Made by a program: the position numbers and the translations under genes
NCBI RefSeq assembly: GCF_030144855.1
Contig: NC_082731.1
Span: 24,118,001-24,182,000 of the forward strand
Length of the DNA stretch: 64,000 nucleotides
From: Hypanus sabinus
Lineage: Eukaryota
Direction of reading: 5' to 3'
Part shown: positions 28,005 to 39,498 of the stretch, in pieces
Position numbering within the stretch: position 1 is the first letter of the stretch
Layout: the number at the start of each line of letters is the position of its first letter
The notes under the pieces: generated by a model
The model's database searches: none
What the model was told of the DNA's origin: nothing
Seen by the model: only the letters and a program-made list of their open reading frames with translations

Positions 28005-28309
28005 CCTACAATGGTTATTGTCAAAAATATTCATGTACACTAATTTGGAATTAACGATGTGCAGGGAAAATTAACTACTTGAAATCGTAAGTGGCTGGTA
28101 TTCGGAACGCATATACATTTAGTAACGGGATGCTATCTGTTTGGAGATCCCAGATTAGCTGTATGCCGTAGGTATATGTTGCATCCCAGACTGTTGTTTA
28201 CGATTTTAGAAATGCCCTCACAGGAGAATTGGGAATGAGCGTACATATCTATACACATGCCATAAAATGTGATAGTACGTTGGATAGAAATTACTATTCA
28301 ACGATCTAG

Positions 28310-28900
28310 TTAGGGTCTACTCATACGATATGGAGGGATTTCGAGGGCATGCGCAGCGAGGAGAGATTTGGCAAATTATGTCCATTAAACGGGCAAAATA
28401 CGAGTTTGTTTGTAAACATATCAGCTGGTAAGGATCAGAGAAATCTTGGGGTTCACATTTAGGCACCCCTCAAGGATGCACGGCAATTTGATAAAATGGA
28501 TGGAATGCAAAAGTGTCTTGGTAGTATTGCAGCTCTGAGAATCTGTACTTCAACCACATTTTCTGTTGTGAGTCTGTGTCCATTTCTTGTCGCATCAGGA
28601 TAGGAAGGATATGGAAGCTTAAGTGTGGATGTAGAGGAGTTTTTAACAGTCTGATCCCGGAATAGGAAACATCTCTATAAGAAAACGCTGAGCGAACTCG
28701 GCATGTTTTCGGTGGAGAGAATGGGCATGAGAGGTATTTTAATAGGTGGGTTCAATATGATAACAAGCACAGGGAGAGTGGACAACCAAAGGGCTTTAAT
28801 CTACGTCAGTTGTGACAAATATGAGAAGAGATAACTTTAAAACGCTTCAAGAAATCTAAGGGTGAATGACATATGCAGATTAATCCTCCAAATTGGGTAC
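28310..28900 (+). mobile_element. Old CR1 ORF2 3' fragment
   Basis: Degenerate DLGV.., RFTR-like and YKKTLSELGMFS.E motifs typical of the CR1 C-terminal region. Confidence 0.5.
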
Positions 28901-29341
28901 GCGTCCAGTGGTCGTTTTGTAGTCAGGTAAAATTAGGAAATATTATGGTCTTTCAGATTGTGATTATTGTATGTTATTCAGAATGGATAGATTAGTCTCA
29001 TTTTGGTGTGATTAAGAGGAAAAGGCAAAGGCATGACCCTATTATCCCTAACACTCTTAAGCACAAATGGAAACACCGTGTTCATTTACATATCGATCAA
29101 AGTCGTTGATTTTTTTTTCAACATATAAAGCCATAGCAGTGTTAACCAGACTCAATATTGAGAATATGATTTTTGAGTCATTTTCCAGGAATTCTGAAAC
29201 GCCTGAACTGAGAGATGGGGCAACATCATCGCCAGTATTACAAATTGTGAAGTCAATGTGAGCAGCAGCACTAAGACTACGTATTCACTAACGAGATAGA
29301 GAGCATTCTTAAGAGAGTATCCGAGAAGCTGAAGCGAACAG

Positions 29342-30722
29342 CCTGACGTCAGTGGTGGCGAAGATGCTGGAGTCAAATATAAAGGATGAAATGACGACAC
29401 ATTTGGACAGCAGTAGAAGGATCAGTCCGAGTCAGCATGTATTTTTGAAGGGAAACTCATGCTTGACTAATCTTCTGGAGTTTTTTGAGGATGTAATAAT
29501 GAACATGGACAAGGGAGAGCCAGTGGATGTAGTGTACATGTACTTCCAGAAAGCTTTTAACAAAGTCCCACATCGGAGATTAGTGGGCAAAATTAGGGCA
29601 AATGGTATTGGGGGCAGAGTACTGACAATGGTTTGAAAATTGGCTGCCTGATAGGAAACAAAGAGTAGCGAATAACGGGTCCCTTTCGGAATGGCAGGCT
29701 GTGACCTGTGAGGTACCGCAAGGTTCGGTGCTGAGACCGCAGCTGTTTACAAATTACATTAATGAATTAGATGAAAGGATTAAAAGTAACGTTGGCAAAT
29801 TTACTGATGACACAAAGCTAGGTGGCAGTGTGAAATGTCAGGAAGATTTTATGAGAATGCAGGGTGATTTGGACAGGTTGGGTGAATGGGCAAATGTATG
29901 ACAGATGCAGTTTATTGTGGATGAAAGTGAGGTTATCCACTTTGGTGGCAAGTACAGGAAGGCAGATTACTATCTAAATGGAGACAATTTAGGAAAAGTG
30001 GAAGCACAACCATATCTAGGTGTTATTGTCCATCAGTCAATGGAATCAAGCATGCAGGTACAGCAGGCAGTAAAGAAAGCTAATGGCATCCTGGCCTTTA
30101 TAACAAGAGGAATCGAGTATAGGAGAAAAGAGGTCCTTCTGCTGTTGTACAGGGCCCTGGTGAGACCCCCACCTGGAATATTGTGTGCAGTTTTGGTCTC
30201 CAAATTTGAGGAAGGACATTCTTGCTATTGAGGGAGTGCAGCGTAGGTTCACAAGGTTAATTCTCGGAATGGCGGGACATTCATATGTTGAAAGATTGGA
30301 GCGACTGTGCTTGTATATACTGGAATTTAGAAGCATGAGAGTGGATCTGCTTGAAACATATATCATTTTTAAGGAATTGGACACGCTGGAGGCAGGAAGC
30401 ATGTTCCCACTGATGGGTGAGTCCAGAACTAGAGTTCACAGTTTAAGAATAAGTGGTCGGCCATTTAGAACAGAGATGCGGACAAACTTTTTCACCCAGA
30501 GCGTGGGGTATATGTGGAATGCTCTGCCCCGGAAGGCAGTGGTTGCATTCCAGAGTGAGTTAGATAGAGCTCTTATAGAGAGCGGGGTCAAGGGATATGG
30601 GGAGAGGGCAGGAACGGGGTTCTGATTGTGTATGATCAGCCATGATCACAGTGAATGGCGGTGCTGGCTAGAAGGGCCTAATGGCCTACTCCTGCACCTA
30701 TTGTCTTTTGTGACTATCTGTT
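29342..30722 (+). mobile_element. 5'-truncated CR1 LINE (RT + 3' UTR)
   Basis: SCLTNLLEFFE, YFQKAFNKVPH, VPQGSVL, KFTDDTKLGG, RRFTRLI; CR1 3' UTR ending in TATTGTC-like repeats. Confidence 0.93.
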
Positions 30723-32008
30723 GTGAAAATCATGTCAGACTAAACCACATGAATACATGTGACATCTTTGAAGAACTTGGAGCTGGTCACGGAAGCAAAA
30801 GCCGCTACATTGACGAGCGAATATACAATAATGATACTAGGCTTGATTGGATGAGCAAAGTGCTTCGTTCCTGACTAGAGTTACTGACAGACTGCTTGGA
30901 GGGGAAGCCAACGCGTAGGTAGAATACATAGCCGTCTGTTTTTCATGACGTTCCTAGTTCTGGAAAAATATTATTGAGAACTTACACCTACAGTTAAAAA
31001 GAAATAATAATTAATTCATAGATCCGTTCTAAATGCACAGTCATTTGACTTTCTCAAACACGGCAATTGTTCCTGCTTTCAATTATCTGTATTACTCAAA
31101 CAGGTTCAGGATCAAGGAAGCTGTTGTGACTCAATGCAAACAGCGTCCGAAGCGATATACCAGTCAATAATGCTCCAGGAAATCTCATCTATTCAGTCAC
31201 AGTTTTTAAAACAGTATCATGACATCCAATATACGACTGTGTGTTCGTACCATATACAAATCCATATCTACATCAACAATATACATTTTTTTTTACCTGA
31301 CAATCCTATTCATCAATCAACTAAGCTCGGAGGGCAAATTGGCACAGGACACAGGACTTCCATTCAGCAGTTAGGCAATATGCTTGGAGAAATGAGCTCC
31401 CCCAGTAAAGACAGACAGTTGGAAATGAGCGTATATACTCCATTAGTTCATAAGAAAAGAAATTTGAATATACCATCAGACAAATCTGGAAGTTGTGTTC
31501 AATAGATAAATAAATAAAAATTTTGCACCGATACCCAGGGAAGTGAGAATATAAGGGTGAAATGTTTAGGAGCTTAGAATTTCAAATTCAATTCGCCATA
31601 TGTTGATCTCCTGTTCGAAAAGGAGGATTTTTTTAAAATGTCTTTGATAAAAAATAAAGGAACTTGATCTGCCCCACTTTGAAAATAATGACTGCAATTA
31701 GTAAGGTCGATTAGCCTTCAAGCACAAGTGAAAATCAAGAAACTTATATGCATGTTGAAAACGAAGCACTTTCAGGTATAACATTGTTGTTAATAACATT
31801 ACATTGAATTTTAAATTCGTTTTGGATGCAACCGGAAACACCAACTCACATTTTGGAAAAAAGGATAACCGCGATTGGACAAATTTACTGGAGAGTAGGT
31901 CTCCAATGGATTTGCTGAGAACTGGAGAGAGCTTCTTAATTTCTTCTCATTCTTACACTGTTGAGGTAACGCCATCTGAAGAGCACTCCCACGAACTGCT
32001 GCAGCTGG

Positions 32009-32047
32009 TGTTTTTGTACAGATCTATTTAATGTCTGTTGCACTGTG
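32009..32047 (-). other. 23-bp-spacer recombination signal sequence (RSS) of V1
   Basis: Minus strand: CACAGTG (32047-32041, consensus), 23-nt spacer (32040-32018), ACAAAAACA (32017-32009, 8/9 consensus). Confidence 0.95.
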
Positions 32048-32470
32048 GTCATTATTGCGCAGAGGTGCAAGGCAGAGTCAGAAACAAGGACACCGGCGAT
32101 AGTAAAATGTAACGTCCTATTTGTTCTCTGATACACAGCCGAAAAACGTTGTGAAGCTGACAGGTCTATGGAGCCGCTGCTGAAAATCTTCAGTAGATAT
32201 ATTGGCGCTTCTCTAGGAAACTGGATATACCAGAAAGCAGTGGCACCATCATAAGCTCCAGGGTAAGTGCAGGTCAGTGTTAAATTTCGTCCTTCTTCAA
32301 CCATTAACTCACGCGGATACTGCGACATTACATCAACGCCAAATGCTCCTGCAACGCACCGGAAAGACAATTATTATTCTGCTGGAGAATCAATCCCAAA
32401 ACCAGCATTGAAACAGAGACTCACCGGGAACAGCTGGGATAATTATCAATAACGACCGAAAACAAAACAT
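32048..32470 (-). CDS. TRAV: T-cell receptor alpha/delta-type variable gene segment V1 (germline, potentially functional)
   Basis: Leader exon 32470-32425 (46 nt, MFCFRSLLIIIPAVP-G), GTGAGT donor, 76-nt intron, TTGCAG acceptor. V exon 32348-32048 is open: AFGVDVMSQYPRELMVEEGRNLTLTCTYPGAYDGATAFWYIQFPREAPIYLLKIF...VSDSALHLCAIM. Cys23, Trp41 and Cys104 are present, followed by a 23-RSS. The alpha versus delta assignment cannot be made from this window. Confidence 0.9.
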
Positions 32471-32563
32471 GGCGATAGAATTTGTAGCAGAGCGTAAATT
32501 GAAGAGAAAATGCATCATTCTCCGGCTTCCAAAGCATCGCTTATGTTAAACCAGCAGAAGCAA

Positions 32564-32642
32564 TTTATATTGTTCTAGAAAAAAAAGAGGCGTTTCCGTT
32601 GTGTTTGATTGGCTAGTATCTCGGAGCCCATATTATTTGCAT
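32564..32642 (-). promoter_or_regulatory. Candidate V1 promoter: octamer + CCAAT + TATA
   Basis: On the V1 sense strand, in order: ATGCAAAT (32642-32635), CCAAT (32612-32608), TATAAA (32569-32564), ATG (32470). Confidence 0.5.
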
Positions 32643-32650
32643 GCGCCCGT

Positions 32651-32778
32651 NNNNNNNNNNNNNNNNNNNNNNNNNNNNNNNNNNNNNNNNNNNNNNNNNN
32701 NNNNNNNNNNNNNNNNNNNNNNNNNNNNNNNNNNNNNNNNNNNNNNNNNNNNNNNNNNNNNNNNNNNNNNNNNNNNNN
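32651..32778. other. Sequence gap, 128 N
   Basis: Run of N immediately upstream of the V1 octamer; same length as the other gap, so probably a placeholder. Confidence 0.99.
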
Positions 32779-32889
32779 TTCATCTCTCCGTACTGCCCCA
32801 TTTTTGCCTCTGTCTTACACCATTGCTTTATTTCAGTAACTTTGATTTGCTTTGGTGTTCATTATTATTCCTGGGACTTATCAGGTGTC

Positions 32890-33430
32890 AGGGAGGAGTA
32901 GCACCTCTGATGGAGGAAAATGTCGCGTACCTTTCAAGAAGTATAGTCCACCTTTGGTAACCACCTGTCATTCAGGTATCACCTGTGGCTCCCCGTAGCT
33001 GTTTGCATGTTACAGCGGCCACACACCGGGCAACGGCTTGGACAAGCCGGCTAAACCATGTGAGGATAGCCGACGTGTCTCAAACTCTCGGTGATATAGA
33101 GTTGGACATCTCAGTATGTGAAAACAGACTCCGGTGGATTTAACGGACGAGGCCAATGGAAGGTCCAACAGTCAAGAAGGCTAGCTCTGCAGGTGTCGTG
33201 GAACGTGTAGAGTAGTAGAAGACATAGAAGTTGTCCTCGTCATCCACTGAGTGTAGTCCCATCTCCAGTCGTCTAGACTCTGGTCTTGCCAATGGATCCA
33301 AAGTCGAATGTTGAAGAGAGTCAAGCTGATACTGCGCAACTCTCCCTCACTTAAATCCAGATCAACCGCTAGACTCGACACCATCATCAATATAATGGTG
33401 TCGAGGTCCTCCTCGATGAAGACGATGGAC
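32890..33430 (+). mobile_element. Probable retroelement (RTE-like) 5' region, hairpin-rich
   Basis: GC-richer block with stems CGGCTT-GGAC-AAGCCG and CTCGACACCAT-10nt-ATGGTGTCGAG. The family assignment is from recollection of RTE-type 5' UTRs and is unverified. Confidence 0.35.
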
Positions 33431-33594
33431 GAACAATATTATTATTCCTATCAACCCACGTAAACTCTGAGGCAACTGAGAATTAGACAGACTCTGTTAA
33501 GAAAAATAATCATTCGTATTTTAAGACCGAGGCTTTTCCTCTTGACAGATATAAAGTGATCAAATGCTAGTATGCGTGGGGTTCAGCAGGAGCT

Positions 33595-33760
33595 GGCGAG
33601 TGATAATAGGATTCATGTGAGAAGGGAATGCAGCAGTGCCCAGGAATCTAATCTTGTAAAAATACTGAGAGTATATGAGTGGGGACGGAGATAAAGTAAG
33701 ATAAGATAACGAATAGGAAAATACAGGTTTCATTCAATATTAGGAATGACAAGGGAAAAC
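33595..33760 (+). repeat. Dispersed repeat, homologous to 12020-12206
   Basis: Same collinear blocks as the 12020-12206 copy. Confidence 0.6.
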
Positions 33761-36700
33761 AGAGCACAGCTGTTGAGGACTGATCAGGCTGTAGAGTGGG
33801 GATTGCAACGCGGAGAAGAGGCCACAACAAAACAGGGAAAAAAAGAATAGAGGAAACCAGGATGGTGTGCTTACCAGAAGCGATAAACAAAATTCTTAAT
33901 ATAGTGAGAATCGAGTTTCTATTCGCAGTACTGGGTGTTCTTCCCAAAATATGCAACTGGGTTGCACGTGGAATTGAACGAGGCCACGGATGGAAACACC
34001 GTTATGTGGGTCGGAAATGCAGTTGAGTCGGTTCATTACCAGAAAATATCGTTTGCCGCAGGTGGTGCAAAGGGACTTGAGGAAGAGAAGGCAAATCTAG
34101 GTCATGTTTCAGTGACGCAGATTACGCTGTTTAAGACTGCGGAAAGCCTTGTACTATCTATGTTAATGAAATTTTGCCTCATCCTGATAGACTGCCTGTA
34201 GTCCTGAATGTCGGTAAGAAATAATAATTAATGCTTTGTGTAAAATGTACCCCGGCTGCAGTGATTAATGGCTAGTGTTTGATAGGGAAGGAAAAAATAT
34301 GCCAGCAAGGAGCTGCAGGAGAGCGAAGATCTTAGAAAACAGATGGAATAATGGATGGAACGAATCTCTGATGCTTTTATGCATTCAGTCTACCATCCTA
34401 TATTGAACACTTGCTTCTCGAAGTCTTTAAGGTTATTGTATATTCTACCATTCTATCAGATAATATATTCTTTAACATTTGGCCGTCCAATCTTATGACA
34501 TCCAAATGCCTGATATTGTACCTTATCCCCACCGGCACGACCCTGTCAGTCACTCACCTGGATTCACCCAATAAAATGCTCTTCGTTCAATCCAGTCCCT
34601 ATTGGTCTGAGATCTTCCACCTTCAATCCCTGTGCTGCTGAAGGATTTTCGGACCTGTTCACTCAAAAGGTGTTGGATATCCCCCGGAGTTCACCCAATC
34701 TTTTATTTGAGTTGTTTTAAACTCAAACACTGAGTTTCGTATCTCACTTGATCATTTGATGTACTATTTTCTCTTTTTCTGTTTTTATTTGGTTCGGACA
34801 GCACATCGACCTGAAGGAATTGGCTGATTAAAGCGAATGGAATGACTGAAATGTTAAATCAAGAGACAGAGAGACATATTTACTCACTTACCTGCAGCTG
34901 CTTACCCAGTTCAGTTTGAATTATTTTTGTTTTTCCTTTTGAATTGCAGGTTATTCAAATGCTTCGTCGCTGTTTTGCAACTTGAAACTTGTTAATTATG
35001 AATTCAACTGAACAGAGGAAAGTTGCCCATTGATGGACATGTAAGTAGTTTCTGCACTGGCATTAATAAAATTCCGTTCGTCAACAGATGGGAATGAGGT
35101 AGCCGGTTTATCAGAGATTGAAACGTTTGTTAAAGGAAGTGCCATTGCGGAAAGAGTTCAAACTATTAGCATTTTCATAACAACAAAAAGAATCTTTTCA
35201 ATATCTAAAGTCAATAAACTGTTTGCAAGGAACAGGGAATTTCCCGACCTCTGACAATCAATTGAAAGGGAGCACTGAGTCAATAATGAATGGAAATGAA
35301 GCTTTTAAACAATGATACATATTCGACACCTCACTGAAATGGGGCTGCGATTAATTACGCAATATTATTGCCTACGAGACTCCTAGTTACTGCTGATAAT
35401 AGCAAAAAAGAAATACTTAGCAGATGCTAAATATTGCAGCTAAGATAGCATTGCACGAATGCCAGGATATCTGTGCATTCACAGCTGTGTTTGTAACAGA
35501 AAACAAATGCTGCTGCACTAATTCAACAAATGAAGTTACAAAGGAGAGAAAACTGGATTGGTCGAACAACGTACGTTGCCCTTGTTTGGAATCACATGCA
35601 AAGTGGCTTCCGAGGAAAGCACTGCAGGAAGTGGGCAGAAACGATGCTTCTTTACAAAACTGAAATAAATCTTTTGTATACCGGTTGACTACAAATACCT
35701 TGTCCGCGCATCTATACATTAAACACTCCACCCTTTGAGCTTTATGAACACATTCTGATATCTCACAAAATGCCACAAGGATTATTGACCCAGCTGTGGC
35801 AGTATTCAGAGTTTTTTTTTAAGTTTATTCTGTCATGTATGCGGCTTCAATATATTATCAGAATTTAAGGGAAACATTAGTAGTCGGAACTGCGATTCTA
35901 ACATCGCTTTTATTTTATTTCAATGGATCAAGCATGGATCAATTGCTGTGGTTATGTATGCCATTTATATACTTCTACAGGTAAATTTCAATGCGATCTG
36001 TAAACATCTAAGTATGCAAAATTAATATTCTCAATAATATTTAATATTACTGCAATATTTCAAATAGCAAAGCTCCTCCCTCCTGAGTAATAAACTCCAA
36101 ATCTACATATTATGTAATTATCATTCTACCCCGGCTGAAGTGCAGAACACTTTAATGCTGTTATATTGTCCAACGGACAGCATTTAATTCACTGTGATAA
36201 TCACGGTAAACAGAAGTTCTTAAGATACCGAAACTACACATAATAACAGTGAAATACCTACAACATCTAATGCAGTATTGGAGTCAAGTCTATGAACAAT
36301 CAAAGAAAGAAGATCCTCCGTCCTCAAAATAAACCGGTTCAGATTTCACAGTGAACATCTAAACCGAGAAGCGATTTATCTAGATTTTAAACCGCTCTGA
36401 CATGCACTGATTCGGACGAAAATATATTTTGCTTATGAGAATCACGAAATCGAATTCTACGTTGACACATGATTTACACATGGAATACCTGAAATTATAT
36501 ACCACTTCCTCTGTAAATCTTAAGCAATTAATTCAGATAATGGAACTACTATTAAAAATGGTATAAACATACCCTTCGGACTAAGCAAATGTAGGACATT
36601 AAACATGAAATGTGTAATAACGCTAGTGAGATATAAAACAAAGCTCGAAATAAAATACAGACGACAGATCAATATGAAAATTATTAGGCATTTGAAATAC

Positions 36701-38789
36701 ATTGTAGTGCGATTTAGTGAAAAAATAGACAAAATTTACATCAACGGTAAATAACATCTATAACATAGGGGATAAATTATTTCGATAAACACACGTTACC
36801 GTTTTCATTTGGCAGAATCTGTCAAAACAGATAAATAAGGACTGAAATGAAGAAGAAGAAGAAGAAAAAAGTGAACAGTGAACCCTCTGGGCAACGGAAC
36901 GGCTTTAGTTACTTACCTATGCCAGAAAATAATTAAGACTAACATCCTTTTTAGAAATAGACAACTCTGACATATATTAAATAAAAAAACAATCTGAAGA
37001 TATACTTACATCAACTGAAATGCAATTCAACAGTACATTCGAGCATCTGCAAATCTGATTAGATGTGCAAACCCCCAAACTTAAACGCCAGCAACACCCA
37101 GAGAAAAACTATAAATAATCAATATAGAAATAAAAGATATCCAATGTTAGAGAATATCCAATGTCGGCGAGTAAACTTGCAGAATGCTGCCAGTTTATTC
37201 TCTTTGCTGAGGAAGCCTATTACAATAATTCGACGTCACTCTGGAAGCGTTGTCTTCGGTGATTGTTCAGAACTTCTGCAACTCTGCAGCTGTTTCGGTC
37301 TCATGGTATAACGATACTTCGATCTGTCGAAGACAAAGTCCAAGAAAGTACTTGAAACAACTTTCGAATTTGGTTTTCTTTTTAATGAACTGCAGAAAAC
37401 TCGTGGAACTTCGTCAAGTTGTATGACTGTTTCCTGCGGCTGCTGCGAATTCCTCCAAATTTCAAAGGATACGTGATATGGCATGCTATCGTGTCACGTG
37501 AGCGTGTGGTCACTTGCCGATTTCTCACAGCAATTACCTCTGATTTGATATGATAAAACGAATGTTTTTAACTGCATCCTGAGATGATTCGGTGTCCGAT
37601 TCAAATAAAACCATTAGAATTGTGGTACAGGAACTTTAGGTCCAATACGACTAGTTTCAATACCAGCTATTGTCCCTAAAAAATTAGGCCTTTGAAACAA
37701 AGTAGATTAACTTACACACACAAGACTGGTGATCCCAACTGCTTTCATAATGATATAACTGCACATTTAATTTCAAGTTCAAGTCAGAAAGAAAAAAAAA
37801 TCTGATATTGCAACACTCAAGTCTGAATTCCCGGTACGTCCCACATTACAAGATCAGATCTCTCATGATCATGGTTAGTTTGCGTTTTCATGGTCAGAGT
37901 TCTGTTTATAACATTCCTTACAAGTCAGACTCGTAGAAGATTGATATTCGTGCAGGTATTAAATGTGTGAACTACTGCCATGTATCGGTTAAAATAAATG
38001 TAAAGTAGTTACATTTGATGAAAGGTGAAACAATTTCACTCATTGACATCATACTAATGAACTGTGTTCTCCACGGTAATATAATCGATGAGACGAGTAC
38101 TGTGCAGCTAATACAGAATTGATTCCTAATAGCTGAGGATGCTGGACAAAGAAATCTGTATATAAATTACATTATGTTATGCTGTATATGAGGAAAGAAA
38201 TAAGTAGCCGACATTTAGGATCTGTTTAGGGCATTGACCAGTCGACGTCATATTTCAAAGGGATGTTTCTTGCTATACATCAGAAAACCGACTGTGGGTA
38301 ACTTGAAGAATAATCGGGTTCTAAGTGTATGTTTCTAGCTCGATGCAGGGAAATGGAAAGCAAGATGAGAAACATATTCTGTAATTCCAGAGAACAATAA
38401 ACGTCGATGTCACTGAACTGTAAAACAACAACAGCAAGGGAAATAATCCGAAAGGAACTCTTGCTCTTCTTGCAAAGGCTCACATTTGGAAGTAGAAAAA
38501 AAAAACTATAATGCGTATTACATTCTGTATATAGTTTTTGTTTAGCAATAACATCAGAGCAACATGTTGAATAAAAAAAAAATAGGACTGAATGGGTATA
38601 AAAGAAAAAGTCCTTACAAGCGAAATGGAGTGCTCATATAGGTATTTAGCCATTCTGGAATGAATGAGGTGTACTACGATCAGCTGTGTAACAGGGTGGC
38701 GTTACCGAAACATTTTGAACATATTTTGGATCATATGGAATGTTGACTGACCTTTGAAACATATCAACTCCTGACTGAGAAGTGACTTT

Positions 38790-39200
38790 GACACGCTTCT
38801 AAATACTTATCGGCCTAACAGGTCCACAGCAGATGCTATTTCGTTAACTGCTCACCCAATGCTGTGCATGTGGACAGGAAAGCTTCTAAATTCAGGATAT
38901 TATTTAGAGAATACTATTTAGCATTCATTACGACTATTCCCTCAAAAATAAGCTTCCAGATATTGAGATCAATACTTCCTGAACAATTGCATTCTCCATT
39001 TCCAATAATTCAAAGATTCAATTTTCTTTTCTGCTCTAAATTTATACTGTATATATGTGAACTTTTGATTGGTGATCCGCCCTTTGCCCAGTTGATCGAT
39101 CACTCAGTCTTCCTCCTTACTTGCATGCGCCAGAAATTCCAGGCATGTACATTATTTTACTTGAAGAATATTCGTGATCCATGTCCATAACTCAGCCGTG
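38790..39200 (+). mobile_element. L2/Rex-Babar-type RT fragment
   Basis: RSTADAISL...HVDRKASKFRILFREYYLAFITTIPSKI resembles RSTxDAI...LFxDxSSAFNTIxP. Confidence 0.6.
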
Positions 39201-39498
39201 CATTGTAAATCGCAATAAGGCAGAGGGACGGAAAGTATGAAGAGACTGGGGATAGCGATGTGCACTTATACCTGAAGTGTTATGACATTTCGGACGGTTC
39301 TCGTTGTGTACAGCTTTGTTCCAATTCTGTCGATCTATATCAATCTTCCTCGGTAAGTCGAATTGTTTAAAGCAATTATATATTGACTTTAGAACAGTTT
39401 GTATTGATTAAAATTACTATTCGGACTATGTGTACCACTTATTAATTTAAGAATGTTATGTGAGCTTGAATATTTATACATATTTAGACAATTATTAC

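Noticed and set aside
36190-36208. CACTGTG-ATAAT-CACGGTA, D-segment-like heptamer pair
   Set aside because: No credible nonamer at 12 or 23 nt on either side (best 5/9); likely chance.
37255-37330. VQNFCNSAAVSVSWYND resembling an Ig C1-domain B-C strand
   Set aside because: The conserved Cys is misplaced, the downstream C1 motifs are missing, and there are no exon boundaries.
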